Source: a virus. From it: a stretch of DNA of 64,000 bases. Position numbers and translations under genes: made by a program. Shown here in pieces: positions 30,101 to 38,764 of this stretch (positions are counted from its first letter, which is position 1; each line of letters starts with the position of its first letter). Where the stretch lies: positions 11,876 to 75,875 of IMG/VR virus record IMGVR_UViG_3300006736_003672; one strand, given 5' to 3'. The notes beneath the pieces are model-generated. The model saw nothing but the letters and a program-made list of their open reading frames with translations, was not told where the DNA came from and searched no databases.

Positions 30101-33100
30101 AAAATCTACTTAGAGGTAGCAATTTAACTGAAAAAGTAAAGGAAGACACAAAAAAAACAGTACAAAAGATTATAGTTGAAGCACTGCAAGGGACGAGCGC
30201 CGGCGCTATTAAGCACGTCATTAATAGTGCGGCAATTCCGATGACAGCTGATATGGCAAACTTTTCTTTAGCTTTTTCAAATACTTCATTTGTAAAAAGA
30301 CTTATTGCGGGAGTTGAGCTTGTAAAGACAGAGCCAATTTTTGATTGGCTTCCCACTGCGGAACTCAGTCAGTTCCATCGTTTTAGATTTAATATTTTTG
30401 ATGGTAAATATTTAGAAAAAAAAGCTTTACAGGCCGAATTCGGATCGTCTGCTCCTGATGTTAATATGTGTGATGAGATCACTCGCCATATTGCTCTTAT
30501 GGAAGATCTCAAACAGGAGATGGCAATGGATCTTCATGAAGCCCGATGGAAATATTGGGATGGAGATCTTTATGAGGACCTTGAAACAGGCCCGGGCCCT
30601 GCTTTTATCACTCTCGCCGACGCATCGATCGAGAGTTTCGCTGAATACAATAAAGCCCGAGCTGAAGAGGTTGGAGGAGACCCGACAGGAAAAGATTTGT
30701 CTGCATATGATTTATATCAATTGGGCTATGATCAATTCTCCGGGATGAGCAGATTCCACGCTAAGGAAGTACAAAGAAAAGTAGTGGAAGCATCTTGGTT
30801 TAATTTGCCACATAAAAATCTTATTAAAAGATACGAGAGGTTAACACCTTTAGAGTTTGATGACTTAGCAGTAATTGCATTTAGGTATTATAGTAGACAT
30901 GTGCATGATTACACCAACACCTCGGCCGGCGATGAAGCTGAACTCAAGTTATTCTCCGAGGCGAATCATTATGGATCATTTTATTACGATCCGTTGACAG
31001 AAGAGGGTGGTCATTATGCCTGGGGCCCTCTTCTCAGTTCGGTTAATTTTAGAATGGGCTCCTCCCGGCCTTGGGCCGAATCTCCGCCAGGTCCTGATCA
31101 ATATCCTTCAAAAAAACCTGATTGGGTGGATGTAGGATTTTACGATTTGGTGAGTAGGCTAGATCGTGCTTCTGGGACTGATCAAAACAATTATAAACTT
31201 TTTACGAACGAACCTCGTGTCACGGCAGTCATTCACCCCCACACTAAGGAGGTGAGAACTCATCTCGTTGCTACAGAAGACTTTCTTCAACGTGCTGGAA
31301 ATTGGACACCACGGAATCCAATTTGGTCAGGTACTGATGTTAAAACAGCGCTAGTTCAGCTTCTTTTATTTGTTTGGGATTTCGGCGCTGACGAGTTGTC
31401 AGATTTTCCATATGAAGCCGGCGTCGGAGCATCTATTAATACCCATCAAGGAACCGAAGATGGTTGGAAAGCAAATTTTTGGGGAGGACACTTATTAAGA
31501 GCTTTGAAGTATTATCAACATGGCTTGAACACAGTTCCCTCTTTTGCTATAGATTTTGACAAATCCAGCTTTGCGACGGTGGAGAAATCCGTCTACACCC
31601 ACCCAGTAGGCGAGCCTTACCCCACGTATGAGAAAGTCGTCGAGGTCGAGAAGAGCCTGAAAGAAGCAGATTTAGTTGATTCCGGGGATACAATAACTTT
31701 AATAGAGGCTGTCTGGGGACAGGGCGAGTGCGGCGAGGTCTACCGTTACTATGATTATGCAGGATGGACCCCGGCCTGCCCATCCCAAGATCCTGAAACG
31801 TTTGAAGTGATTCCGTCTAAAACAATGGTTGTGAACAAAGAAGCGTGGCTAGCGGGAAATGCTGAGTCTAAACTATTGAGAGCAGATCCCATTGATGATT
31901 CTGCAGAATTAATGGTAATCGATCCCGAGACCGGCCTTCGTGCACCATTTATTCCCGCTATGAAACCAACTCCTTTAAGTCTATTTTGCGCCCCGGGCTT
32001 AAAGAGAAGACCTCCGCCTCCGGATCCAGAAAAAACTTGGGAAGCTGTTTATACATTAGTTCCTCCTGGCAAAGGCAAAGACAAAGAAGGAAAATTAAAA
32101 TTATTGGATGAAATCTCGAGGTGTATAACAGATGACTACACAATTTCAGTTAAGGAGCCCGGGTACGGCGTCGCCATCTTCGGCACGGCGCCTGCAGTGA
32201 TATTAGACTATCGTAGTAAAGAAATATTAAAATTATGGGATGACATAGGCGATGACACTACAAACAATGAGCCTGGTTTTTCTATGAATAAAACAATCGA
32301 TGTACTTGCCGCTTCTATGGGTACTGGACTTGGATGGAATACATACGATGTAGATGAACCAATAGCTCCACAATTTCTCGAAAAAATGATTCTGAGACAC
32401 ATTGATGATAAGTTTCCACATTTTGATGATCAAATCATCCAAGATATGGTCGCCACCGGCGTCGGGGACTTTAATTCAGACTTCTCGATACACTATGCTC
32501 TTACTAAGGTGCTCAGAACCCACAAACAAGGAAGACTAAACCTATATGGAACTATTTTTCGGGACTGTATAAGAAACATGGCTAACTTATCATTGAAATA
32601 TGGAGTCGCTCAAAAAGCATCCGGAGACTATGATAGTTTGCAAGAAAAAATAATTGCTGCTGTTGGAGTACTGATGAATGATCTTGCTAGATCTAATGCT
32701 CTGACTGATTTGACTGATTTAGCAACCGATGCTGCAAACAAACACACAGACGCAATGGAAAATGCTGATTTGGCGGATATAAATTCTATTCCTTCAATTG
32801 GAAAAACATTAATATCTTATCCACCAAATCCCCCTTTTCAGCTGGATCATAGTTACGATCCGCCGATGAAGGTATTTGAAAAGGTTGATTGGAAGAAGGG
32901 GCCTGCTTTATTTAGGCTATTAATTAGAGTAGTAATTATGGAAAAAGTGTTTAAGACGCTCATGACATCTTCCACTTATTCAACTTCTGGTATTTTTTCT
33001 AGCATTCCAATGAAAATGATAATTGCGAGTTCCATCCGATCCCAGCTCTCGACCAACATTCGGGATAAAATTAAAATATTGGCATCGGATCTGGGAATTA

Positions 33101-36100
33101 TTGGGGAAGGCGCGTCATTTTCTTCATGTGTCTTGCCCATAATAGAAGAAGAAATTGAAGCAACATCTGGCAAAGTCAGCGACCTGTTGGGTAACACAAT
33201 ACCGCAATTGACAGAGTTCTTAAAAGACAATGTCTATGATCTGGCTACGTCTCATCCAGAGTGTAATATATATTCTACGTGGACGGATATGGATCGTTAC
33301 GTTCCCACGCAAACCGAAGCTGCCCTCGTCGCGCATCACGGCGAGCAGGATCCCGAAGGCTACGGAGGAGGACTCCAACTCCCGGACGAGTCTGCAGATC
33401 CCACGGCAGGTGAGAAGTATTGGGACGCGGTTATCGCTTTGAATGAAAACAAATTAGGCCTTAACGAGATTGTCGAACACCAAGAAGGTCCCAAGATAGC
33501 CAGCGATAATATATTTAGTTTGACAAATAATTTTCATTCAACATTAAGATTTATTGATGAAGATGGAATCCAAAAATACTCTGGCTTTATTTTAGAAAAA
33601 TATATAAAAGTTAAGTTCAAAAATAATTTAATAAAAAAAATAGAAGATAAAGATCAAGGAGAACAGTTTTTAGAGGCATGGCAAGCTCTTCCAATTGAAT
33701 GGCGAGGCAGCGCGCAAGATAAAATGAAGCCAGATGGATTCAAATATGCAACTTGTTTAAGCCCCGGAGAGTTTACATCTGCGATTGGTGACTTTTTTAC
33801 TTATTTTGGCAACATGACTCCTGAAGGTTGGGGTCAATCAGTGTTTGATTGGGCTCAACTTTTTGATCCTTATCAATTTAGTGAAAAGCTACAAGAACTC
33901 TCTGACAAAGTGTATGAGGAAGGAAAGCAAAACCCAGGAGACAAACACGGGCACGACAGCGTTCTGAATATTGATCGAAGCGAGAGAGATTTATGGTCTA
34001 ACGGGCCCGCCGGCCAGGCTATCTTCAGTGCAAATCCCCTGACCGCAGGCGCTAGCGCCCAATACAGTGATCATAATGTGGTTTCTAGATCTGCCGAAGT
34101 GCAGAGACATATTGCTCTCATGGAAAGGATTCTTGCATACCAGCTGAAAAATAACAGCGGCGGCCCCTCCGAAGGGTATGTTCATCCAGGTTCTGATCCC
34201 AGTTCGTACTACGAAGGCGATGAGGATAGTGCTAGACCTTTTAATTCTCCAGCCGGCTCGAGGATCCCATTCGGATCCACCGGTGTTAATGCCGGCTGGA
34301 ACGACAACACTGGATTGGGAATAGAAGGTACCGCTGAGAACATACAATCTTTATGGCATAGCCTTACTAATCAAGATAAACGTGATTTAGAGACAATTGC
34401 TTTTAGATTTTATTCTAGATATTATTTTGGAGACTTGAGATCATTTTACTTCGATCCTCATGATTCTGTATATCCCAAACACGCCGGCGGCTCTAACGTT
34501 GGACTTAAAGATTTTGTGGGAAGAAAAGGGTTTCTTGATTCGACTATGGATTTTCGTACTGGTCTCCGACGACCAGGAATGATGTTCATGAACGCCGTTA
34601 ACCAGAAAGAGTGCACCGAGGAACCACCTTTCTGGAAAAAAGCCGCCGTCGCCATCGGTGGTGCCCTCCTCTCCGGCCTTGTTTCTCTCATTCCCGGCGG
34701 GCTTATTATTGATCTAGTTGGATCATTCGCGGGACAGGGATTCAAGGCCGCCGGAGAATACTACCTCCACAAAGACGACAAATGCTGGTATGTCTCGGGC
34801 AGGTACGTTGTACCTCAACCAAACGATCCAACGTTGTGTCTTCATATGCCAACGTCGCTTATGGATATGATAAAAATGATACAAATGCAAACTTATGAAA
34901 CTGACAGCGGTTGGTGGAGCGAAAATGTTGGTAGTGCCGCCGCCGTCCATTACACCAATGGCGCAGATGGACCTGGCACATCGCAAGATGATCATTTAGA
35001 CGCAAAAATAAGTTATAGGACACCCCTTATACAAAGAGGCGCCAGAACGTCACAGCCGTCATATAGGATTCCCGATATCGTGGAGGAACCTGGCCACGCG
35101 GGCTACGGCGCGCGACTGGGCATGAGTTTGCAAGACAGAGACCCTGATGAAAATGAGATCTTGGGCGCCATGGCCAAGCTTCTTCTTTTTCCATATGAAA
35201 TTGGAGATTTTCAAACAAATTCATACAGCGATGAAGGATTAGATGAGTTTTGTGGTGATGATGACCAATGTGACGAAACAGTTATCAGAAGGTATTCAAT
35301 CCCCGGCTCTCAGCAATGGGGAGGTGCACTCGAAGACGACTTTGACGTTGATTTTTCCTCTGGTGGTCTTTATACATCTGCAAAGATAGGAGAAGAGTGG
35401 ACCGCGATATTTGGCGGGCACTTATACTGGGCCTTGCAATATTACAAAAAGGGATTATGGGAAACACACGCTGAATTTATAAGTGGCGAGACTGGAACAG
35501 TTATAACGTCACCCTCACCTTTGGGTATTTTTACTAAAGACTCTGAAGGAACCAGCAATGTTATAAAAATTAAGGGATCAATACCTGAAGATTTGAAATC
35601 TATAAGTGATATGGATTTGACAGGAGATGATGGATTTGCTGATGTGTCTTATGGTTTACGTTTGTCGTATCTTGTTCCTCCTAATGTTGCGTCCGAAGAT
35701 CCAAGAGATTATCCACTTTCACCGGGAAAAGACCAGCTACAGACCAGCGATGAGCGGTCCGCGACATTCTGGCCAGCCGTCGAAAAAGCGACCACCCCGA
35801 TGTTTTCGAGTAAACCATTTTTCCATGACACGGGAGAATACCGCACCAAATCCACGGAGTTGATATCTCACGTAATGGACGGGTGGGATTCGATGAAACG
35901 TGAAAAATCGATTTTTATAAGCGAAGTTCCTGAGGCTGTCCCATCAATTAATTTATCCGATCAGGACGAACGCCCACAATCAGCTGGCTTCGACCCCTTC
36001 GGCAACCTCCTCGTCGAGCACTCGCGGTCGAAATACAATATTGGCAAACCAATTGTTATATTACCAATAATGGAATATGAAGATCCTGTAGGTCCCGGGA

Positions 36101-36456
36101 AAAAATGGAATGATATCATATATACTGAGGAAATATTCACTAGCCTTTACGAAGGATTAAAGGTAATGCCTGATTTTAAACTTTTCTTTGAGTATGTTAT
36201 TCCACTTAAAAGAGTCGTGATGATGTTGGCGATCCGTGACATGTTAAATTTTGAATCATCTCTTTCCGAGCTTCCATATAAGACGGCGTTATTTGAGGCT
36301 AGTAGGGGAGATATATTTAATTTGGTTAGATATGCCTTTGACGCAAGTAAAGATCCAAGAATTGTCTCGCCCCCCGCCCAATCCATTATCGCGCTTCAAG
36401 GATTCAAAGACCAGTTTGATAGCCTGAACCTCATCGATACATCCGGCGATAGCTAG
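27163..36456 (+). CDS. Giant (3097-aa) putative virion protein with an internal duplicated domain
   Basis: Uninterrupted 9.3-kb ORF between the spike-like and gp25-like genes; no family recognised. Confidence 0.6.
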   Translation: MPKVLIENLELESLIEPPFTRDEDTYEVVVSIWGVPGTGDLDTQYKIGSSADNWVFETSDAIGDCTATANQQQLIEFADEHTDCVVDKLMLHVQNRGVYVILKKLLGTGMDKFAAETPDDENYSMDENGYQVHEGFGTKTRDLIAMKNYMTHLLEVVENDIIIGTFVGYEGDPDADPPIPPVEIWRSPRPSDPHPRRVVVGLSIGKENIEKLRGLNPAEAVGEISEFDEKAGAPVVTRSEPKFRQTFQNVFEFRDLIDKVSKGLKNYHGKLSDSYFAYHVPPPGLPQGLLGPIYDSDDVEDWPELDFKQQAAYLKEAGDKIIDFLKSSGHNMGAPFEIGFRNYHKIDEEGLTTAELRDEVKTGTVPGITYVGYPIEYEKVRLYTLYVLKTPKPPPASAPALDYGLNKPPVPWPTLYPDTSPDGDPRILYGDPAAYEVDSPFDKEPFTFGTVRWFLANLRDIGYKHIGGKPTPEELKAQTEAAAVVATSEAMENPCAMSAPAMASKESMPVDDFIELYVYPNPETIFKTSSILDLAKKLAGWHSGEESAENKALERKLTKEDVLQSVVNNSHVNASDYVGDLVYKNLPVSPNKIRSIHDAYAYILRRLDIPTIIVKLLECLGLRVSLDDLIEWICDDIIKAVDEKTDGGITKLVEFLESGEFQIPGEFLAQDPPIQVTDIIGVIHAHSDIDTGSAAVDQMLNTWDRNQKLFICAAIAAGPFAAVAGLIWLINYLLTRDGSLDKQPGKKKCDIEFSFPDEWPILDALWDWILREALKRLEEEAMRLLEEEIIKPLNLLLQQLLDFCDKEEESFGEISSEDLDPDLASKAAPLFVGPKSNKFLKKLLSALTPSELCGLLRGTLLFEAPETKKITSFIYEFALDEYNGAPAGTVEHGGKPGPLGNGKNILQFFKNLGKKVNMSVCDERELPEKPISDFCDDLGVDYESNLRTALTNQGLSDEQIEGQVIAKRNAKKEIVSSAIQNLLRGSNLTEKVKEDTKKTVQKIIVEALQGTSAGAIKHVINSAAIPMTADMANFSLAFSNTSFVKRLIAGVELVKTEPIFDWLPTAELSQFHRFRFNIFDGKYLEKKALQAEFGSSAPDVNMCDEITRHIALMEDLKQEMAMDLHEARWKYWDGDLYEDLETGPGPAFITLADASIESFAEYNKARAEEVGGDPTGKDLSAYDLYQLGYDQFSGMSRFHAKEVQRKVVEASWFNLPHKNLIKRYERLTPLEFDDLAVIAFRYYSRHVHDYTNTSAGDEAELKLFSEANHYGSFYYDPLTEEGGHYAWGPLLSSVNFRMGSSRPWAESPPGPDQYPSKKPDWVDVGFYDLVSRLDRASGTDQNNYKLFTNEPRVTAVIHPHTKEVRTHLVATEDFLQRAGNWTPRNPIWSGTDVKTALVQLLLFVWDFGADELSDFPYEAGVGASINTHQGTEDGWKANFWGGHLLRALKYYQHGLNTVPSFAIDFDKSSFATVEKSVYTHPVGEPYPTYEKVVEVEKSLKEADLVDSGDTITLIEAVWGQGECGEVYRYYDYAGWTPACPSQDPETFEVIPSKTMVVNKEAWLAGNAESKLLRADPIDDSAELMVIDPETGLRAPFIPAMKPTPLSLFCAPGLKRRPPPPDPEKTWEAVYTLVPPGKGKDKEGKLKLLDEISRCITDDYTISVKEPGYGVAIFGTAPAVILDYRSKEILKLWDDIGDDTTNNEPGFSMNKTIDVLAASMGTGLGWNTYDVDEPIAPQFLEKMILRHIDDKFPHFDDQIIQDMVATGVGDFNSDFSIHYALTKVLRTHKQGRLNLYGTIFRDCIRNMANLSLKYGVAQKASGDYDSLQEKIIAAVGVLMNDLARSNALTDLTDLATDAANKHTDAMENADLADINSIPSIGKTLISYPPNPPFQLDHSYDPPMKVFEKVDWKKGPALFRLLIRVVIMEKVFKTLMTSSTYSTSGIFSSIPMKMIIASSIRSQLSTNIRDKIKILASDLGIIGEGASFSSCVLPIIEEEIEATSGKVSDLLGNTIPQLTEFLKDNVYDLATSHPECNIYSTWTDMDRYVPTQTEAALVAHHGEQDPEGYGGGLQLPDESADPTAGEKYWDAVIALNENKLGLNEIVEHQEGPKIASDNIFSLTNNFHSTLRFIDEDGIQKYSGFILEKYIKVKFKNNLIKKIEDKDQGEQFLEAWQALPIEWRGSAQDKMKPDGFKYATCLSPGEFTSAIGDFFTYFGNMTPEGWGQSVFDWAQLFDPYQFSEKLQELSDKVYEEGKQNPGDKHGHDSVLNIDRSERDLWSNGPAGQAIFSANPLTAGASAQYSDHNVVSRSAEVQRHIALMERILAYQLKNNSGGPSEGYVHPGSDPSSYYEGDEDSARPFNSPAGSRIPFGSTGVNAGWNDNTGLGIEGTAENIQSLWHSLTNQDKRDLETIAFRFYSRYYFGDLRSFYFDPHDSVYPKHAGGSNVGLKDFVGRKGFLDSTMDFRTGLRRPGMMFMNAVNQKECTEEPPFWKKAAVAIGGALLSGLVSLIPGGLIIDLVGSFAGQGFKAAGEYYLHKDDKCWYVSGRYVVPQPNDPTLCLHMPTSLMDMIKMIQMQTYETDSGWWSENVGSAAAVHYTNGADGPGTSQDDHLDAKISYRTPLIQRGARTSQPSYRIPDIVEEPGHAGYGARLGMSLQDRDPDENEILGAMAKLLLFPYEIGDFQTNSYSDEGLDEFCGDDDQCDETVIRRYSIPGSQQWGGALEDDFDVDFSSGGLYTSAKIGEEWTAIFGGHLYWALQYYKKGLWETHAEFISGETGTVITSPSPLGIFTKDSEGTSNVIKIKGSIPEDLKSISDMDLTGDDGFADVSYGLRLSYLVPPNVASEDPRDYPLSPGKDQLQTSDERSATFWPAVEKATTPMFSSKPFFHDTGEYRTKSTELISHVMDGWDSMKREKSIFISEVPEAVPSINLSDQDERPQSAGFDPFGNLLVEHSRSKYNIGKPIVILPIMEYEDPVGPGKKWNDIIYTEEIFTSLYEGLKVMPDFKLFFEYVIPLKRVVMMLAIRDMLNFESSLSELPYKTALFEASRGDIFNLVRYAFDASKDPRIVSPPAQSIIALQGFKDQFDSLNLIDTSGDS

Positions 36457-36529
36457 AAATAACAAAGTTAATTTATGATCATTTTCGAATTTTAAAGACA
36501 TAAAAACTATATAATAATAGAGGTTTAAG

Positions 36530-36916
36530 ATGGCCGGATTATCACCAAAATTACCACTACTTTTAGATAGTGAATATGGAACATATAAAGTTAATAAGAC
36601 TTATATTGACATGATTAAGCAGAATTTTAAACATCTGCTATTAACTATACCTGGTGAAAAAGTTATGGACCCGTACTTTGGAGTCGGACTAATAAAATAT
36701 TTGTTTGAGCAAGATACTGTTGCTGTAAGAGGAGGCATTTCTGATAGAATTGAAAAACAACTAGATGTATACATGCCTTTTATAGAATTGCTTGAAATTA
36801 ATTTTATTGGCTTTGAAGACCACGTAGAGGCTGAACCTGGCATTTTAAGTATGGAGATAAAATATAGAGTACCAGATCTTAATGTTGTAGATCTTCTAGA
36901 AATATCTGTTGTTTGA
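36530..36916 (+). CDS. gp25/GPW-like baseplate wedge protein
   Basis: IKQNFKHLLLTIPGEKVMDPYFGVGLIKYLFE is the gp25 pattern. Confidence 0.88.
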   Translation: MAGLSPKLPLLLDSEYGTYKVNKTYIDMIKQNFKHLLLTIPGEKVMDPYFGVGLIKYLFEQDTVAVRGGISDRIEKQLDVYMPFIELLEINFIGFEDHVEAEPGILSMEIKYRVPDLNVVDLLEISVV

Positions 36917-36946
36917 TACTAATTATTTCAAAAAGGATCGGTATAA

Positions 36947-38764
36947 ATGGCTAAAAAAATATCAAGAGCTGACAAGTCCAGACAATTAACTTCAATTAAA
37001 TATACTAGTAGAGATTATACAAGCATTAAAAACGATCTAGTGGAGTACGCTAAAAGGTATTATTCAGATAGTTTTAAGGATTTTAATGATGCCTCATTTG
37101 GCGCGCTGATGCTTGATACTGTGGCTTATGTTGGAGATATCTTATCGTTTTATTTAGATTATCAAACAAACGAATCTTTTATTGATACATCGCTTGAATA
37201 TAATAACATCATAAGACATGGTAAAAATTTGGGCTATAAATTTCAAAGAAATTTTTCAGCCACTGGTATTGTAAGTTTTTATTTGATGGTCCCGGCGACT
37301 TCCGTTGGTCTTAGCCCCGATATTGATTATATGCCAATATTAAAAAGGGGCGCCGAGTTAGCTTCAAAAGAAGGTACAATATTCACGTTAACCGGAGACA
37401 TTGATTTTAGTAACCCAAACAATGAAATAGTCGTGGCAAGAGTTAATGCCACAACCGGTGCTCCAACATTTTACGCTATTAAAGCTCAGGGACAAGTAGT
37501 TTCTGGAAGGCTGCAGCAAGAAATAGTAACCGTTGGACAATATCAGAAATTTTTAAGACTTAAACTATCAGATGCAAATATAACCGAAGTTGTTTCTATA
37601 TTTGATTCAGAAGGGCACTCGTATTATGAAGTTGATTATTTATCTCAAAATATGATCTATGTTCCAGTTGTTAATCGCGGCGATCGAGAACAAGCGGACA
37701 ACATTCTTAAACCAGTTCCAGTTCCAAGAAGATTTATAGTTGAACATGAACTAGATGGATCTTATGTGCAATTTGGTTATGGTTCAGACTCAGAAATATT
37801 TAATGATTCTGTCGCAGATCCAAGCGAGTTAATATTAAAAGTACATGGCAGAAATCATATCACAGATAATTCTCTCGATCCTAGTAATTTAATAGCAACG
37901 GATAAATTTGGAATTGCCCCTTCTAATACTGTGTTGACTGTCGTGTACAGAACCAACACCAACGACACTGTTAACACTTCAGTAAATTCATTAAACTCTG
38001 TGGTAACTAAAGAGCTAAATTTCGAAAACAGAGCATCTTTAGATTCTGGTAAAGTTTTTGAGGTCATTGATAGTTTAGAGGTGACAAATGAGGAAAGAGT
38101 GATCGGCGCAGTTACGTTGCCAGATGTAGAGGATTTGAGACAAAGGGTTAAAGATTCCTTTTCAGCGCAAAGCCGCGCTGTGACAAAGCAAGACTACATA
38201 ACCGCCGCCTATTCAATGCCTTCTTCGTTTGGGGCAGTTAAAAGATGTTCAATTGTTAAAGACCATGATTCTTTCAAAAGAAATTTGAACATGTACGTTG
38301 TATCTCAAAACATAAAAAACAAGTTAGTTCAAACAAACTCTGTAGTAAAAGAAAATTTAAAAACTTGGTTAAATGGGTATAAAATGATAAATGACACGAT
38401 TGACATTCTAGATGCAAAAATTGTTAATTTTGGAGTTGAATTTAGAATATTGGGAGATCCAAACACTAACAAGTTTGATATTCTCTCTGTTGCCTCTGAG
38501 AGGTTAAGAAGCGTTCTAGATGCAGAATATGATATCGGAGAGCCTATAAACATTATAAATCTATTTCAAGCGTTAAACAGCACGGTAGGAGTTATAGACA
38601 CTTTGGATGTTAAAATAGTAAATAAAAGCGGAGGTTTATATTCTGGCTTTGGGTATAACATTGAAAAGAACACAACTGCAGACGGAAGATTATTGCAAGC
38701 CGATGAAGACATAATATTTGAAATGAAATATCCCAACAATGATATTAGAGGAACTGTAAAATAA
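36947..38764 (+). CDS. Baseplate wedge protein (T4 gp6/baseplate J-like)
   Basis: RDYTSIKNDL, FKDFNDASFG, GKNLGYK, VQFGYG and AQSRAVTKQDY. Confidence 0.85.
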   Translation: MAKKISRADKSRQLTSIKYTSRDYTSIKNDLVEYAKRYYSDSFKDFNDASFGALMLDTVAYVGDILSFYLDYQTNESFIDTSLEYNNIIRHGKNLGYKFQRNFSATGIVSFYLMVPATSVGLSPDIDYMPILKRGAELASKEGTIFTLTGDIDFSNPNNEIVVARVNATTGAPTFYAIKAQGQVVSGRLQQEIVTVGQYQKFLRLKLSDANITEVVSIFDSEGHSYYEVDYLSQNMIYVPVVNRGDREQADNILKPVPVPRRFIVEHELDGSYVQFGYGSDSEIFNDSVADPSELILKVHGRNHITDNSLDPSNLIATDKFGIAPSNTVLTVVYRTNTNDTVNTSVNSLNSVVTKELNFENRASLDSGKVFEVIDSLEVTNEERVIGAVTLPDVEDLRQRVKDSFSAQSRAVTKQDYITAAYSMPSSFGAVKRCSIVKDHDSFKRNLNMYVVSQNIKNKLVQTNSVVKENLKTWLNGYKMINDTIDILDAKIVNFGVEFRILGDPNTNKFDILSVASERLRSVLDAEYDIGEPINIINLFQALNSTVGVIDTLDVKIVNKSGGLYSGFGYNIEKNTTADGRLLQADEDIIFEMKYPNNDIRGTVK

